The notes: generated by a model not told the origin, from the letters alone. Shown: positions 1 to 10,951, numbered from the stretch's first letter. The stretch: DNA of 64,000 bases from an uncultured cyanobacterium (GCA_963793265.1 CAWBZI010000001.1:1472001-1536000); one strand, 5' to 3'. Made by a program: numbers and translations.

Positions 1-2347
1 AGGTGTATCCCTTGCCCAGTTAGGGCTATACGATGCTGCACTCGTTGTCTACAACCAAGCTCTAGGAAATAAGCCCGATGATTATATAGTACTCACTAAT
101 AAAGGTGGATTGCTTGCCAAATTAGGCAACTATGAGGCTGCAATCACTCTCTATAATCAAGCCTTGACAATAGAATCAGATGATTACGTAACACTCTACA
201 ACAAAGGCATAGCGCTTGTTGAACTGGGACAATACGAAGAGGCAATTGCAATCTACGACCAAGTTCTAGAAACCAAGACCGACTTGCACGAAGTGTTCTA
301 CAACAAAGGTATAGCGCTCGCTAGCTCAAGACAATATGAAGCTGCAATCGCTGCCTACGATCAATCTCTAGAAATCAAGCCTGACAAGCGTTCAGCACTT
401 GTCAATAAAGGTATAGCACTTGCTAACCTCGGGGGACAGTATGAAGCTGCAATCATGGCTTTTGATCAAGCCCTATCCATCAACCCAGATGATCATGGCA
501 CTTGGATAAATAGGGGTGTAGCTGTCAGCAAATCCATCAGATGTAATACGTCAATAACCTTTTCTTTGCCTGCTCTGCTACGGCACGAATCCCTAGACAA
601 ACGCGGCTACGAAGGTAGAATTGCCTGCTACACCATCGGGCTCAGACATGTCCACAAAGACAAAGATCCAGAAGGCTGGGGCTTACTCCATCACGAAAAG
701 GGCCGCGCTCACTACTTCCATAGTCGCTCCCTGGCCAACGCATCTATCTACCTCGCCCAAGCCACCGACGCTTACGGCAAAGCTCTCGCCACGCTCACCG
801 CCTTCCCCACACGCCATCTCGCTGTCTGCCAGGACGCTATCCGTGCCTACCTCGGCCTCAACAAAGCCGAAATAGCTAACCAATACCGTGAAGAAGGACT
901 TCAACTTTTCCGCCAGCTTCTCAACGAAGCCCCAACCCTATCCGCAAAGCGCCGTCTAGAAACGCAGTTTTCCGGCTTTAGCCAGCTCCAAGTCGATACC
1001 CTCTTGAAAACCAACAGCCCCAACACTGCCCTAGAGACCGCCGAACGCTACAAAAACCGAACCCTCACCTGGCTTCTCGACACTTGGAAAGAACAAACCA
1101 TCAGCCCAAGCTGGGCCGACATGCAAACGCTACTTACTCCCAGCACCGCCGCTATCTTCTGGCACCTCAGCTCCGATACCCTCACCACTTTCCTCCTCTC
1201 CTCAGACTCAGCCGACCCACAAGTTATCTCCACCGCTTCAGCCGAAGCCTTCAATCAGTGGAACAAAGACTGGCAGCAGCGCTACCAAACCTATCGAAAA
1301 AAGAGCAAAGCCACTGATGACACAGATACAGAGAGAGATAGACCTAACCATCCCTGGCGACTGAACCTCAGCAAAGACCTACAAACCCTCAGTGAAATCC
1401 TAAACATATCTCGAATAGAAACCGCGCTCACCGATTGCGATTACCTCATCCTCATTCCTCACAGGCAGCTCCACCAGCTTCCTCTCCACGCCCTATTCAC
1501 AGATGCATTCATTACTACCTATCTTCCCAGTATCCAAGCTGGCCTCACCCTTCAGCATAAGGCCAGGCAAAAATCTCAAAGCACCTCACCACCTCACCCA
1601 GCACTACTTCTCGAAACCCCAGCAAGTAACCGCTACGAGCCGCTCATCTTCGCTGAAGTAGAAACTGCCCTCATTGCCTATCTCTGCCAACAAAGCGATC
1701 AGCAACCCACTCTCATCGATAGCGCCCAAGCCCACAATCAAACTCTCATCGCCACCCTTCAACAGCCCCACTGCCTCTTTCACTTCACTGGCCACGCTGC
1801 CCACGACTATCGCCACCCGCAAAACTCTGCCCTAGCCCTCATAGGCGAAGACACCCTGAGCGCTGCCGAAGTCGCCACGCTTCCTCTCAAAACTTATGGT
1901 CTAGTAACGCTTGCTGCCTGCGAAACTGCCGTAGCCGGACAAGAAAACCTCGAAACCGACTACGTAGGCTTATCCAGTGCCTTTCTTACCGCCGGAGCAG
2001 CCCAGGTCATCAGCACCCTCTGGACTGTAGACTCGCAATCTAACGCCTGGCTCATGGTGAACTTCTATCAGCGCTACCTCACGGGTACTTCTGCCTCTCT
2101 TGCCCTACACCAAGCACAGCAATGGCTTCGCACCGCTACCTATACACAGCTTGCCGACTGGCTAGCATCCTTAAACACACCATCCTTCTGTCAGCATTGT
2201 ACCGCAGATGAAGATGAAACCTTAGTTGGTAAAATAGGGGAATATAGAGACAAATCCAGAGATTTAGACCTGAGTCAAACACCCTACGCGAACCCTTACT
2301 ACTGGGCAGCGTTCACCCTCACTGGGTATCACCATGAAAGCGAATGA
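1..2347 (+). CDS. TPR-repeat CHAT (caspase-like, HetF-type) protease, 5' truncated by the window edge
   Basis: Frame stays open back to position 2 (GVSLAQLGLYDAALVVYNQAL...). Several TPR repeats (YNKGIAL..LG.YEEAI..YDQ.L). CHAT catalytic motifs HFTGHA and TLAACET, then GLSSAFLTAGA..VISTLW.V and C-terminal PYYWAAF. Confidence 0.92.
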   Translation, partial: GVSLAQLGLYDAALVVYNQALGNKPDDYIVLTNKGGLLAKLGNYEAAITLYNQALTIESDDYVTLYNKGIALVELGQYEEAIAIYDQVLETKTDLHEVFYNKGIALASSRQYEAAIAAYDQSLEIKPDKRSALVNKGIALANLGGQYEAAIMAFDQALSINPDDHGTWINRGVAVSKSIRCNTSITFSLPALLRHESLDKRGYEGRIACYTIGLRHVHKDKDPEGWGLLHHEKGRAHYFHSRSLANASIYLAQATDAYGKALATLTAFPTRHLAVCQDAIRAYLGLNKAEIANQYREEGLQLFRQLLNEAPTLSAKRRLETQFSGFSQLQVDTLLKTNSPNTALETAERYKNRTLTWLLDTWKEQTISPSWADMQTLLTPSTAAIFWHLSSDTLTTFLLSSDSADPQVISTASAEAFNQWNKDWQQRYQTYRKKSKATDDTDTERDRPNHPWRLNLSKDLQTLSEILNISRIETALTDCDYLILIPHRQLHQLPLHALFTDAFITTYLPSIQAGLTLQHKARQKSQSTSPPHPALLLETPASNRYEPLIFAEVETALIAYLCQQSDQQPTLIDSAQAHNQTLIATLQQPHCLFHFTGHAAHDYRHPQNSALALIGEDTLSAAEVATLPLKTYGLVTLAACETAVAGQENLETDYVGLSSAFLTAGAAQVISTLWTVDSQSNAWLMVNFYQRYLTGTSASLALHQAQQWLRTATYTQLADWLASLNTPSFCQHCTADEDETLVGKIGEYRDKSRDLDLSQTPYANPYYWAAFTLTGYHHESE

Positions 2348-3134
2348 AGCCCTTACTTTAGATGCCTGCTTGCTGGCACTGTTGCACTACGGCGACAGCG
2401 TACCCCTCCACCTGCACAAGCAAATCCAGATGGCTAACCAGCAGCTTGCCAATCGCCAACCCGGCGCTGTCAAGCAGCTCAAAAACGTGCTCCAGCAAGA
2501 CAAGCAGCTAGATCAACTGTATGCCGCTTCTCGCAACTATCTGGCGACTCAATACGGCCAGCAGGAGAGAGCGAAAAGTGTCTTTGGCGTAGGCACTCTG
2601 CCGATGCCCTCTATAAGACCCAGCTTGGCACCCGCTACCGGCTCTAATGGCTTTAGTTTTGGTTTAGTCGATTTAGCGACGGATATTTTGAGTAGTCCTG
2701 ATGCCAACTACCGGATCAAAGCGCAGCAAGTGTTAAGGCGACCGCAACTGCAAAGGCAGCTCGAAAAGGCGTCTGAAGAATTGCGAGTATCAGCCCAAGA
2801 GCTTTCTAAAGCTGCCAATCGGCTGCATCCTACCAAGGTGGCCATCATGAAAAAGATAGAAAACAACTTTTTTACCCTAGACGATGTTGCCTACAGCCTC
2901 GAACTTCCAGTAGAAAACGCACAGCGCTACATAAAATCCCTTTGGAATGAGGGCTATGTTCGTCCGACTTCTGGAAACCTCTTGAAGCAACTATGGCTAT
3001 CGTGGAAAGGGGCTCCGGCTTTAGAAGACTTACCTGATATCGAAACCTCTCTGGCTCTGACAACCAAAGGCCATTTTTACCTGCATCCTGGTACCTTGGG
3101 TAACTACTTGAACAGAAAGCGGAGGTATGCATAA
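2334..3134 (+). CDS. Hypothetical protein with helical N-domain, low-complexity linker and probable C-terminal winged-helix domain
   Basis: 266-aa ORF overlapping the CHAT stop by 14 bp. TLDDVAYSLELPVENAQRYIKSLWNEGYV...LTTKG looks wHTH-like. Confidence 0.7.
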   Translation: MKANEALTLDACLLALLHYGDSVPLHLHKQIQMANQQLANRQPGAVKQLKNVLQQDKQLDQLYAASRNYLATQYGQQERAKSVFGVGTLPMPSIRPSLAPATGSNGFSFGLVDLATDILSSPDANYRIKAQQVLRRPQLQRQLEKASEELRVSAQELSKAANRLHPTKVAIMKKIENNFFTLDDVAYSLELPVENAQRYIKSLWNEGYVRPTSGNLLKQLWLSWKGAPALEDLPDIETSLALTTKGHFYLHPGTLGNYLNRKRRYA

Positions 3135-3137
3135 GCA

Positions 3138-3905
3138 ATGCAGCAGGGTATTGCTTGGTTGCCTCAGCTTTTAGTTACTTCAGTGCCCGGCGTCATCAAT
3201 GTTTGGCTATCTGGCGGCGAGCAGAGGAAGGAGTTTCAGCAAAAGCTTCCCATTTTTGGACCGTCAAAGAGTCCGGCGTGGTGGTTTTTGCAACTGGTTC
3301 AGTTTTTAGTTCCTGCTGCCTTGTTTTGGTGGGCAGCGCCTGCCGCCTTTCGGATTCCACCGCCTGCTGTAACTCGGCCACTCGATTTTGTAATGTGGGC
3401 CAATGCGATTGCCTTCGGTTGGGGTTTTGTGGCTCTTATCAATGCACCAATCAGCATTCTTTCCGCAGGAATGCTGGAGCCTGGCACGATATATGCAAGG
3501 TTAGTCAGAAACCTGTACGAAACAATAGACAACAGAGAAAAGCCCAAAATGCGGCGGTTCCGACGAGAGCTAATAGTCGAGCTTGAGAAAACACCTCACT
3601 TCTCAAATAAAGGGTTTGATGATTTGGCTGAATGCTTAGGCGTTTCGTTTGATCTGCTGAGTAATCAGAGTTTACCGCTCGATAGCAGAACCGAATCCAT
3701 CGTCCGTAAAGTAAACGCTATTAAAGCTCAGCCTACGCAAGCGCAAAAGGCAACAGAGATTGTCAAACTGCTAAGAACCGAAGAAGTCCTCACTGTTCAC
3801 GACTGGCCAGAACTCATCCGCGCCTTTGGTGGACGAGATGTTTTCATTCAGCGCTACTTTAAAGTTCGTCCATCTCCTAAAAAAGGTAGTCGCTCGCATC
3901 CATAG
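3138..3905 (+). CDS. Hypothetical membrane protein (about 3 N-terminal hydrophobic segments, soluble helical C-terminus)
   Basis: 255-aa ORF starting 3 nt after the previous stop. Hydrophobic stretches WWFLQLVQFLVPAALFWWAAP and FVMWANAIAFGWGFVALI. Confidence 0.7.
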   Translation: MQQGIAWLPQLLVTSVPGVINVWLSGGEQRKEFQQKLPIFGPSKSPAWWFLQLVQFLVPAALFWWAAPAAFRIPPPAVTRPLDFVMWANAIAFGWGFVALINAPISILSAGMLEPGTIYARLVRNLYETIDNREKPKMRRFRRELIVELEKTPHFSNKGFDDLAECLGVSFDLLSNQSLPLDSRTESIVRKVNAIKAQPTQAQKATEIVKLLRTEEVLTVHDWPELIRAFGGRDVFIQRYFKVRPSPKKGSRSHP

Positions 3906-3950
3906 CCTTGTAGTACGCTGATAGACTGCAATCTCTATTAGCTAACCTAT

Positions 3951-5399
3951 ATGTCTGTTCGCGTTCGCATTGCCCCTAGCCCTACTGGAAACCTACACAT
4001 CGGTACGGCTCGCACGGCGGTCTTTAACTGGCTGTTTGCTCGCAATCAAGGCGGTCAGTTTTTACTGCGAATTGAAGATACTGACTTAGAGCGCTCTAAG
4101 GACGAGTATACGCAGAACATTATGGACGGGCTGAAGTGGCTGGGGATGGATTGGGATGAAGGCCCGTTCTATCAGTCGCAGCGGATGGAGATGTACCGCG
4201 AGAAGATTCAGGAATTATTAGATAAAGGGCTGGCGTATCGGGCGTATGAGACGCCGGATGAGCTGAATGCGATGCGTGAGGCGCAGCAGGCTCGGAAGGA
4301 AGCGCCACGCTATAACAATCAGCATCGTAACCTCACAGATGAGCAGGTTGCGGCATTTGAGGCTGAAGGTCGGCAGGCCGTGATTCGCTTCAAGATTGAT
4401 GATGGTCGTGAGGTGAAGTGGAATGACCTTGTGCGCGGCAATGTGAGCTGGAAGGGGCGCGACTTAGGTGGCGATATGGTGGTGTCCAGGGCGGCATCTA
4501 AGGGAGATGTGGGTCAGCCGCTCTACAACTTTGTGGTGGTGGTGGATGATGCGGATATGAAAATTAGCCATGTGATTCGCGGGGAGGATCATGTGGGGAA
4601 TACGCCGAAGCAGATTTTGCTGTATGAGGCGATGGGAATGGAGGTGCCGGTGTTTGCGCATACGCCGCTGATTTTGAATGAGTCGGGAGCGAAGCTGTCT
4701 AAGCGCGATGGCGTGACTTCGGTGGGCGATTTTCAGGAGATGGGCTTTACGGCTGAGGCGCTGGCGAACTATATGACGCTGCTGGGCTGGTCTGCACCGG
4801 ATACGCAAGAGCTATTTACGCTCGAAGACGCTGCCAAGCTGTTTAGCTTTGATCGGGTGAATAAGGCGGGCGCTAAGTTCGATTGGGATAAGCTCGACTG
4901 GATCAATAGCCAGTATTTACATGAGAAACCGGCTAAGGAACTTTTGCCGATGCTGATGCCCTATTGGGATGAGGTAGGCTACGGGTTTGATGCTGAAGCT
5001 GATAAGGAATGGCTGCTGCCTTTGACGGCGATGATTGCGCCTAGTTTGACGCGGCTAAAAGACTGTGTGGAGCTGGGTCACTTCTTTGTTAAGCCGACGA
5101 TGGACTTTAGTGATAAGGCAAAGGAGCAGCTTGGTAAAGAAGGTGTGGCTGAGGCGATGCAGGCCGTGATAGAGGCTTTGAAAGATACGGAGGTGTACGG
5201 GGCTGAGGCGGCTAAGGGTGTGATTAATCAGGTGACGAAGGCGCAGGGGGTGAAGAAGGGATTGGTTATGCGATCGCTCAGAGCCGCCCTCATGGGAGAC
5301 ATGCAAGGCCCCGATCTCGTCGAATCCTGGATGATTCTGCACCGTAGAGGATTCGATCAGCAGCGGCTAGAAGCGGCTGTCTCAATCGCAAAGGGTTAG
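3951..5399 (+). CDS. gltX: Glutamate--tRNA ligase
   Basis: [13 protein letters not shown] (HIGH motif), LRIEDTD, IRGEDH and KLSKR (KMSKS motif). Confidence 0.98.
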   Translation: MSVRVRIAPSPTGNLHIGTARTAVFNWLFARNQGGQFLLRIEDTDLERSKDEYTQNIMDGLKWLGMDWDEGPFYQSQRMEMYREKIQELLDKGLAYRAYETPDELNAMREAQQARKEAPRYNNQHRNLTDEQVAAFEAEGRQAVIRFKIDDGREVKWNDLVRGNVSWKGRDLGGDMVVSRAASKGDVGQPLYNFVVVVDDADMKISHVIRGEDHVGNTPKQILLYEAMGMEVPVFAHTPLILNESGAKLSKRDGVTSVGDFQEMGFTAEALANYMTLLGWSAPDTQELFTLEDAAKLFSFDRVNKAGAKFDWDKLDWINSQYLHEKPAKELLPMLMPYWDEVGYGFDAEADKEWLLPLTAMIAPSLTRLKDCVELGHFFVKPTMDFSDKAKEQLGKEGVAEAMQAVIEALKDTEVYGAEAAKGVINQVTKAQGVKKGLVMRSLRAALMGDMQGPDLVESWMILHRRGFDQQRLEAAVSIAKG

Positions 5400-5703
5400 G
5401 CTAAACGATCCCCGAAATTTACTTAGGCACTACAAAAAAGCGGTGATTTCGGAATTCTCTTTGTCTGATGTAGAGAATTTACGTTAAATTTAGTAAAGAC
5501 AAGTCTCATAAAACTTGTGATCGCTTAGCAATCTGTTACTGGCAGTCAGTATTTTTACTCATCTGCCCATGTAATAGAGCTGCTAGTCGGTTTCCAAGTC
5601 GCGAGCACCGCACGCAACACTTTTGCATTGCCTCATCAGGAGGATGTTTGCACCAGCCCCTTGCCTGCGGCCTATCTATTCACAACAGAGGCTAACCGAG
5701 TTT

Positions 5704-7599
5704 ATGAAAAACTTCTCTTGGAGAACTGCTCTACTGTGGACACTGCCCATTCTCGTGGTTGGATTTTTCCTTTGGCAGAGTTCCGTCGGTAGCGCAAATC
5801 CCGTAGATTCAGGTCGTAACACTGCTAGCACTAGCATGACCTACGGCAGATTCTTGGATTATTTGGACGCCGGGCGCGTTACGAGCGTCGATTTCTATGA
5901 CAGTGGCCGGACTGCTATTGTCGAAGCCGTCGATCCTCAAATTGATAACAAAGTGCAGCGCTGGCGCGTTGACTTGCCTGGTAACGCACCTGAGTTAGTC
6001 GAACGTCTGCGGACATCCGATATCAGCCTGGATTCTCACCAGCCTCGCAACGATGGTGCAATTGTCGGCATTCTTGGCAACCTCCTATTCCCCATCCTGC
6101 TAATCGGTGGCCTATTCTTCTTGTTCCGTCGCTCTAACGGCGGTGCCGGTGGCCCCGGTCAGGCGATGAACTTTGGTAAGTCCAAAGCTCGCTTCATGAT
6201 GGAAGCCAATACGGGCGTTATGTTTGATGACGTAGCCGGTATTGAAGAAGCCAAAGAAGAGCTACAAGAGGTTGTTACCTTCTTGAAGAAGCCTGAGCGA
6301 TTTACTGCAATTGGCGCGCGCATTCCTAAAGGTGTGCTGCTTGTTGGCCCTCCTGGTACAGGTAAGACGCTTTTGGCTAAGGCGATCGCAGGCGAAGCCG
6401 GTACCCCCTTCTTCTCCATCTCAGGTTCTGAGTTCGTTGAAATGTTTGTCGGTGTCGGTGCCTCTCGTGTGCGCGACCTGTTCAAAAAAGCAAAAGAGAA
6501 CGCACCTTGCATCATCTTTATCGACGAGATTGATGCTGTAGGCCGCTCTCGTGGTGCAGGTATCGGTGGTGGTAACGACGAGCGTGAGCAAACGCTTAAC
6601 CAGCTCCTCACCGAGATGGACGGTTTTGAAGGCAACACTGGCATTATTGTCATTGCGGCTACTAACCGCGCCGACGTGCTTGACTCGGCGCTACTGCGTC
6701 CCGGTCGCTTTGACCGTCAAGTATCGGTCGATCCACCAGATATTAAAGGTCGTCGTGAAGTGCTTGAGGTTCACGCTCGCAATAAGAAAGTCGCTGATGA
6801 TATTTCTTTGGATGCGATCGCTCGTCGCACTCCTGGTTTTACAGGTGCAGATCTAGCAAACCTTCTCAACGAAGCTGCCATTCTCACCGCCCGTCGCCGA
6901 AAAGAAGCAGTCACTATGCTCGAAATCGACGACGCTATCGACCGCGTAGTCGCGGGTATGGAAGGCACACCGCTTACTGACGGTAAGAGCAAGCGACTGA
7001 TTGCCTACCACGAGGTCGGCCATGCGATTATCGCCACTATGATCAAAGCCCACGACCCTCTACAGAAGGTCACGCTGATCCCTCGCGGACAGGCTCAGGG
7101 TTTGACCTGGTTCACGCCTAGCGAAGACCAGATGTTGATTTCTCGCGCTCAGCTTAAGGCCCGCATTTGTGGTGCTTTGGGTGGTCGTGCGGCTGAAGAT
7201 GTCATCTTCGGTGATGCTGAAATTACGACGGGCGCGGGTAACGACTTGCAGCAGGTAACGAACATGGCTCGCCAGATGGTGACTAAGTTCGGTATGTCAG
7301 AAGACCTCGGTCAGCTTGCCCTAGAGAGCGAGCAAGGCGAAGTATTCTTAGGCGGTAGCTGGGGCGGTCGCTCTGAGTACTCAGAGGAAATTGCCTCTCG
7401 CATTGACGCAGCCGTTCGCGAAATTGTGAAGAACTGCTACGCCGATACGGTGAACATCATTCGCGAAAACCGCGATGTAATTGACCGCGTAGTTGATCTG
7501 CTGATTGAGAAAGAATCGATTGACGGCGATGAGTTCCGTCAGATTGTGAGCGAGTACACAACCGTTCCTGAGAAAGAGCGTTTTGTGCCTCAAATCTAG
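5704..7599 (+). CDS. ftsH: ATP-dependent zinc metalloprotease FtsH (FtsH2-like)
   Basis: Two TM segments, Walker A GPPGTGKT, Walker B IFIDEIDA and HEVGH zinc motif. Start placed at ATG 5704 (MKNFSWR), not the upstream TTG. Confidence 0.97.
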   Translation: MKNFSWRTALLWTLPILVVGFFLWQSSVGSANPVDSGRNTASTSMTYGRFLDYLDAGRVTSVDFYDSGRTAIVEAVDPQIDNKVQRWRVDLPGNAPELVERLRTSDISLDSHQPRNDGAIVGILGNLLFPILLIGGLFFLFRRSNGGAGGPGQAMNFGKSKARFMMEANTGVMFDDVAGIEEAKEELQEVVTFLKKPERFTAIGARIPKGVLLVGPPGTGKTLLAKAIAGEAGTPFFSISGSEFVEMFVGVGASRVRDLFKKAKENAPCIIFIDEIDAVGRSRGAGIGGGNDEREQTLNQLLTEMDGFEGNTGIIVIAATNRADVLDSALLRPGRFDRQVSVDPPDIKGRREVLEVHARNKKVADDISLDAIARRTPGFTGADLANLLNEAAILTARRRKEAVTMLEIDDAIDRVVAGMEGTPLTDGKSKRLIAYHEVGHAIIATMIKAHDPLQKVTLIPRGQAQGLTWFTPSEDQMLISRAQLKARICGALGGRAAEDVIFGDAEITTGAGNDLQQVTNMARQMVTKFGMSEDLGQLALESEQGEVFLGGSWGGRSEYSEEIASRIDAAVREIVKNCYADTVNIIRENRDVIDRVVDLLIEKESIDGDEFRQIVSEYTTVPEKERFVPQI

Positions 7600-7615
7600 T
7601 CTCAAGTCGCATTCA

Positions 7616-7650
7616 CTGTAGGGGGCATAGCAGTGCTATGCCCCCTACAG
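7616..7650. repeat. Perfect 17-bp inverted repeat, GTAGGGG(C)...GCCCCTAC REP-like element
   Basis: ctgtagggggcatagca-g-tgctatgccccctacag directly after ftsH. Confidence 0.8.
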
Positions 7651-7666
7651 AATCGCAAGAAGACAA

Positions 7667-7697
7667 GGCCCATCGTTTAATCGGTGGGTCTTTTTTT
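7667..7697 (+). terminator. Intrinsic terminator after ftsH
   Basis: aggcccatcg-tttaat-cggtgggtct followed by a T-run. Confidence 0.75.
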
Positions 7698-7772
7698 GTC
7701 ACAGAAGCTTAAGAAAAGTTTTCATTTTGGAACATTTCTATTTAAGCTGATAGAGCCGTTCAGGTCTGTCTT

Positions 7773-8879
7773 ATGCCTACGCTCTACATTGCGGTGACAA
7801 ATCACGGCTTTGGTCATGCGACCCGAGCTGCTTCTGTGGCGACAGAAATTCGCCGTCAGGCTGAGGCTGCGGGCCTGCCGCTGAAGCTGATCATGGCGAC
7901 TAAAGCGCCGGTTTGGCTGCTAGATAGCTATTTAGATGGTGGCTACGCTCACCGCCCGGTCAGCTTTGATGTGGGGGTGCGGCAAAGTGACAGCCTGACA
8001 ATGGATAGGTCTTCTACGCTACGAGAAATGCAGGCCATTCAATCTCAGCAGGAGGCACTGATAGAGGCGGAGGCGGCATTCTTAAACGAGGCGCAGGTTG
8101 ATTTGGTCTTGGCTGATATTCCACCGCTGGTTGGGAAAATTGCGAAGGCGGCAGGGGTACCTTGCTGGTTCATTGGTAATTTTGGCTGGGATTTTATCTA
8201 TCGCCCCTGGGAAGAGTTTGGCGCGATCGCAGACTGGATTGGTGAATGCTTCAGCCACGGCGATCGCACCTTTCGCCTGCCCTTCTACGAGCCGATGTCG
8301 TCACTTCCTAACATCACAGACGTGGGATTAACTGGCGGCACACCTGCTTATGGCGAAGACAAATTGCGCAGTTTAATGCAAAGTGACGTGCCGCCTGAAC
8401 GCACAGTGCTACTCACCTTCGGCGGCTTAGGACTATCGTCTATTCCCTACAAAGCGCTGATAGATTTTCCTGACTGGCAGTTTATTACCTTCGATCAAAA
8501 CGCGCCTGATCTGCCAAATTTGTATAGCGTAAACGACCGCAAAATGCGCCCGGTAGACTGGATGATTGTGTGTGATCGCGTTTTCTCAAAACCCGGCTAC
8601 AGCACCTTTGCCGAAGCCTGCTTGCTAGACAAAGGCATCATCACTATCACTCGCGAGGGCTTTGCCGAAGCCCAAATTCTTATCGACGGCATTCAAAATC
8701 ACGCGCATCACCGCATTGTTGATGCCAGCGACTTTTTCAGCGGCGACTGGTCTTTTCTTACTCAAGACTTACACGCGCCTTGTAAGGATGAGAAGTTGGA
8801 TAAGGGCGGGCAAGGGGCGATCGCCTCAGCCGTCATTGAGCACCTCCAACAGGTGAGACAGCCGCTTATGCAACGTTGA
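7773..8879 (+). CDS. Glycosyltransferase (GT-B fold; cyanobacterial family resembling the arabinokinase N-domain)
   Basis: HGFGHATR N-terminal motif, LTFGG and SKPGYSTFAE. Confidence 0.8.
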   Translation: MPTLYIAVTNHGFGHATRAASVATEIRRQAEAAGLPLKLIMATKAPVWLLDSYLDGGYAHRPVSFDVGVRQSDSLTMDRSSTLREMQAIQSQQEALIEAEAAFLNEAQVDLVLADIPPLVGKIAKAAGVPCWFIGNFGWDFIYRPWEEFGAIADWIGECFSHGDRTFRLPFYEPMSSLPNITDVGLTGGTPAYGEDKLRSLMQSDVPPERTVLLTFGGLGLSSIPYKALIDFPDWQFITFDQNAPDLPNLYSVNDRKMRPVDWMIVCDRVFSKPGYSTFAEACLLDKGIITITREGFAEAQILIDGIQNHAHHRIVDASDFFSGDWSFLTQDLHAPCKDEKLDKGGQGAIASAVIEHLQQVRQPLMQR

Positions 8880-8934
8880 TAACTCGCAAGTTGAGATAAA
8901 CTGAAGCCATATATTCAAACGTCTGTTTAGCTTT

Positions 8935-9384
8935 ATGGTGGCGACTCCAAACGCAGCTCAAATCCAACTTATTCAATACCAGCAGGTTTTGCGATTAACC
9001 TCTCAAGGAAAGTCCTTAGGACGGTTTACGCGAAAGGTGCAGGAGGCGGTCGCAGCTTCAAGCGTTCGTACGGGGTTGTGCTCTATTTTTGTGCGCCACA
9101 CGTCCGCGAGCCTAGTGATTCAGGAAAACGCCGACCCAGATGTGCTAGCCGATATGGAGACGTTTTTGTCTAAGCTGGTGCCTGAGGGCGACTATTACCA
9201 GCATAGTGATGAAGGGCCTGATGACATGCCTGCGCACATTCGCACGGCGCTGACGCATACCTCTGAGCAGATTCCGATTATGGATGGGCGATTGGCCTTA
9301 GGCACGTGGCAGGGGATTTATCTTTGGGAGCATCGCGATCGCCCCCAAACCCGAGAAGTTGTTGTTCATATTACCGGCCATTAA
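8935..9384 (+). CDS. yjbQ: YjbQ/UPF0047 family protein (secondary thiamine-phosphate synthase family)
   Basis: HTSASL.IQENADPDV, H.DEGPDDMPAHI and LGTWQGIYLWEHR. Confidence 0.92.
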   Translation: MVATPNAAQIQLIQYQQVLRLTSQGKSLGRFTRKVQEAVAASSVRTGLCSIFVRHTSASLVIQENADPDVLADMETFLSKLVPEGDYYQHSDEGPDDMPAHIRTALTHTSEQIPIMDGRLALGTWQGIYLWEHRDRPQTREVVVHITGH

Positions 9385-9399
9385 TTAGCCATCAATCAT

Positions 9400-10620
9400 A
9401 TGAGCAATCGAAGCGATCCTTGGAAAGAAGCGAAAGGTTCATCACCTAGTAAAAAGCCTTTTGCTAAAAAGAAGTCTGGTGGTTCAGGCACCTCGAACGC
9501 TTCAAAGTTTGCTGCGCCTCAGTACAAAGGCGTTAAGCAAAAGCCGTTAAAGTCTTCTACCCCTAAGCCAAAGCTCAAAGGGCAACCAATTGATGCGCCT
9601 GTAAGCGCAAAAGCTGAACCCGAGCAAGACTATGAAATTGTGCCGTTAGATAATTCAGCAGCAGTTGAAATTAAGGGTAAGCCGAATATTAGTCAGGGGC
9701 TTATTCCTACGGCAGCACCTGATTTTAAGTCTGGGTTTATCAGCATCGTAGGTCGTCCGAATGTGGGCAAGTCTACGCTGATGAACTATTTGGTGGGTCA
9801 AAAGATTGCGATTACCTCACCCGTCGCACAGACGACGCGAAATCGGCTTCAGGGCATTTTGACGACGCCTCAGGCTCAGATGATTTTTGTCGATACGCCG
9901 GGCATTCATAAGCCGCATCATGAGCTAGGTAAGGTGCTGGTGAAAAATGCCCGTGTGGCGATTAATTCTGTTGATGTGGTGCTGTTTGTTGTCGATGCGA
10001 CTTCGGCAGCAGGTAAGGGCGATTTGTTTGTTGCAGATTTGGTGGCTAAAAGCAGCCGTCCGGTTATTCTTGGCATCAATAAGATAGATCAGCTTAGCGG
10101 CAGCGGTCGTAAGGCGGCGGAGATAAAGGCGAGCTATGAAGCATTGGCCGCAGAGCACGGCTGGGATGTGGTGAAGTTTTCGGCGCTAACGGGTGAAGGG
10201 TTAGATACTTTGCAGCAGCAGCTTGTTGAGCGACTAGAGACGGGGCCTTATTACTATCCGCCAGATTTGGTGACCGATCAGCCTGAGCGATTTATTATGG
10301 GCGAGCTGATTCGGGAACAGGTGTTGTTGCATACGCGCGAGGAAGTGCCGCATTCTGTTGCGATCGCGATAGACAAAGTAGAAGAAGACGAAAAAATCAC
10401 CCGCATCCTTGCGACAGTGAACGTAGAGCGAAAATCGCAAAAAGGCATTCTCATTGGTAAAGGTGGCGCGATGATGAAAGCTATCAATACCGCTGCGCGT
10501 GAGCAAATGCAAAAGCTTGTTGCCGGTCAGGTCTATCTAGAAGTATTTGTACGTGTGCAGTCTCGCTGGCGACAGTCGAGTACTCGCCTAGCTGAGTTTG
10601 GCTATAAAGTAGAACAATAA
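9400..10620 (+). CDS. era: GTPase Era with a long basic N-terminal extension
   Basis: GRPNVGKST, QTTR, DTPG, NKID and a KH domain (EEVPHS, GILIGKGG). About 100 extra N-terminal residues. Confidence 0.96.
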   Translation: MSNRSDPWKEAKGSSPSKKPFAKKKSGGSGTSNASKFAAPQYKGVKQKPLKSSTPKPKLKGQPIDAPVSAKAEPEQDYEIVPLDNSAAVEIKGKPNISQGLIPTAAPDFKSGFISIVGRPNVGKSTLMNYLVGQKIAITSPVAQTTRNRLQGILTTPQAQMIFVDTPGIHKPHHELGKVLVKNARVAINSVDVVLFVVDATSAAGKGDLFVADLVAKSSRPVILGINKIDQLSGSGRKAAEIKASYEALAAEHGWDVVKFSALTGEGLDTLQQQLVERLETGPYYYPPDLVTDQPERFIMGELIREQVLLHTREEVPHSVAIAIDKVEEDEKITRILATVNVERKSQKGILIGKGGAMMKAINTAAREQMQKLVAGQVYLEVFVRVQSRWRQSSTRLAEFGYKVEQ

Positions 10621-10951
10621 ATCAAAGAAGATAGATAGATTAGTAGTTTTAAGAAGCTTATTTAAAGTAAAGAATATTGATTAGAAAGCTCTCTATGCAC
10701 CTGCTGTAGGGAGCCTTTTTATCGTTAAATCTAAGCGGAAAGCGGCTTCTAGCTTTTTAGCAATAAGACAAAACGTGCTTTTGCACTCTCTTTTTGTCAG
10801 AACATTGAACAGTCTTACTTGAGCTTTAGATGAACTCTAAAAGCAAAGGTAAATGCGTTCAACTCGGCAGGGATTTCTTTAGATACGAGATTGGTGACAG
10901 CCTCGCTAAGACAAAATTACCTACTGACTCTTAAAAAGGACTCTACTTTTC

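Noticed and set aside
5623..5703. Upstream extensions given by the ORF track for ftsH (also at 11997, 43964, 47814 and 57692)
   Set aside because: Longest-ORF artefacts; family-like sequence begins at downstream ATGs.
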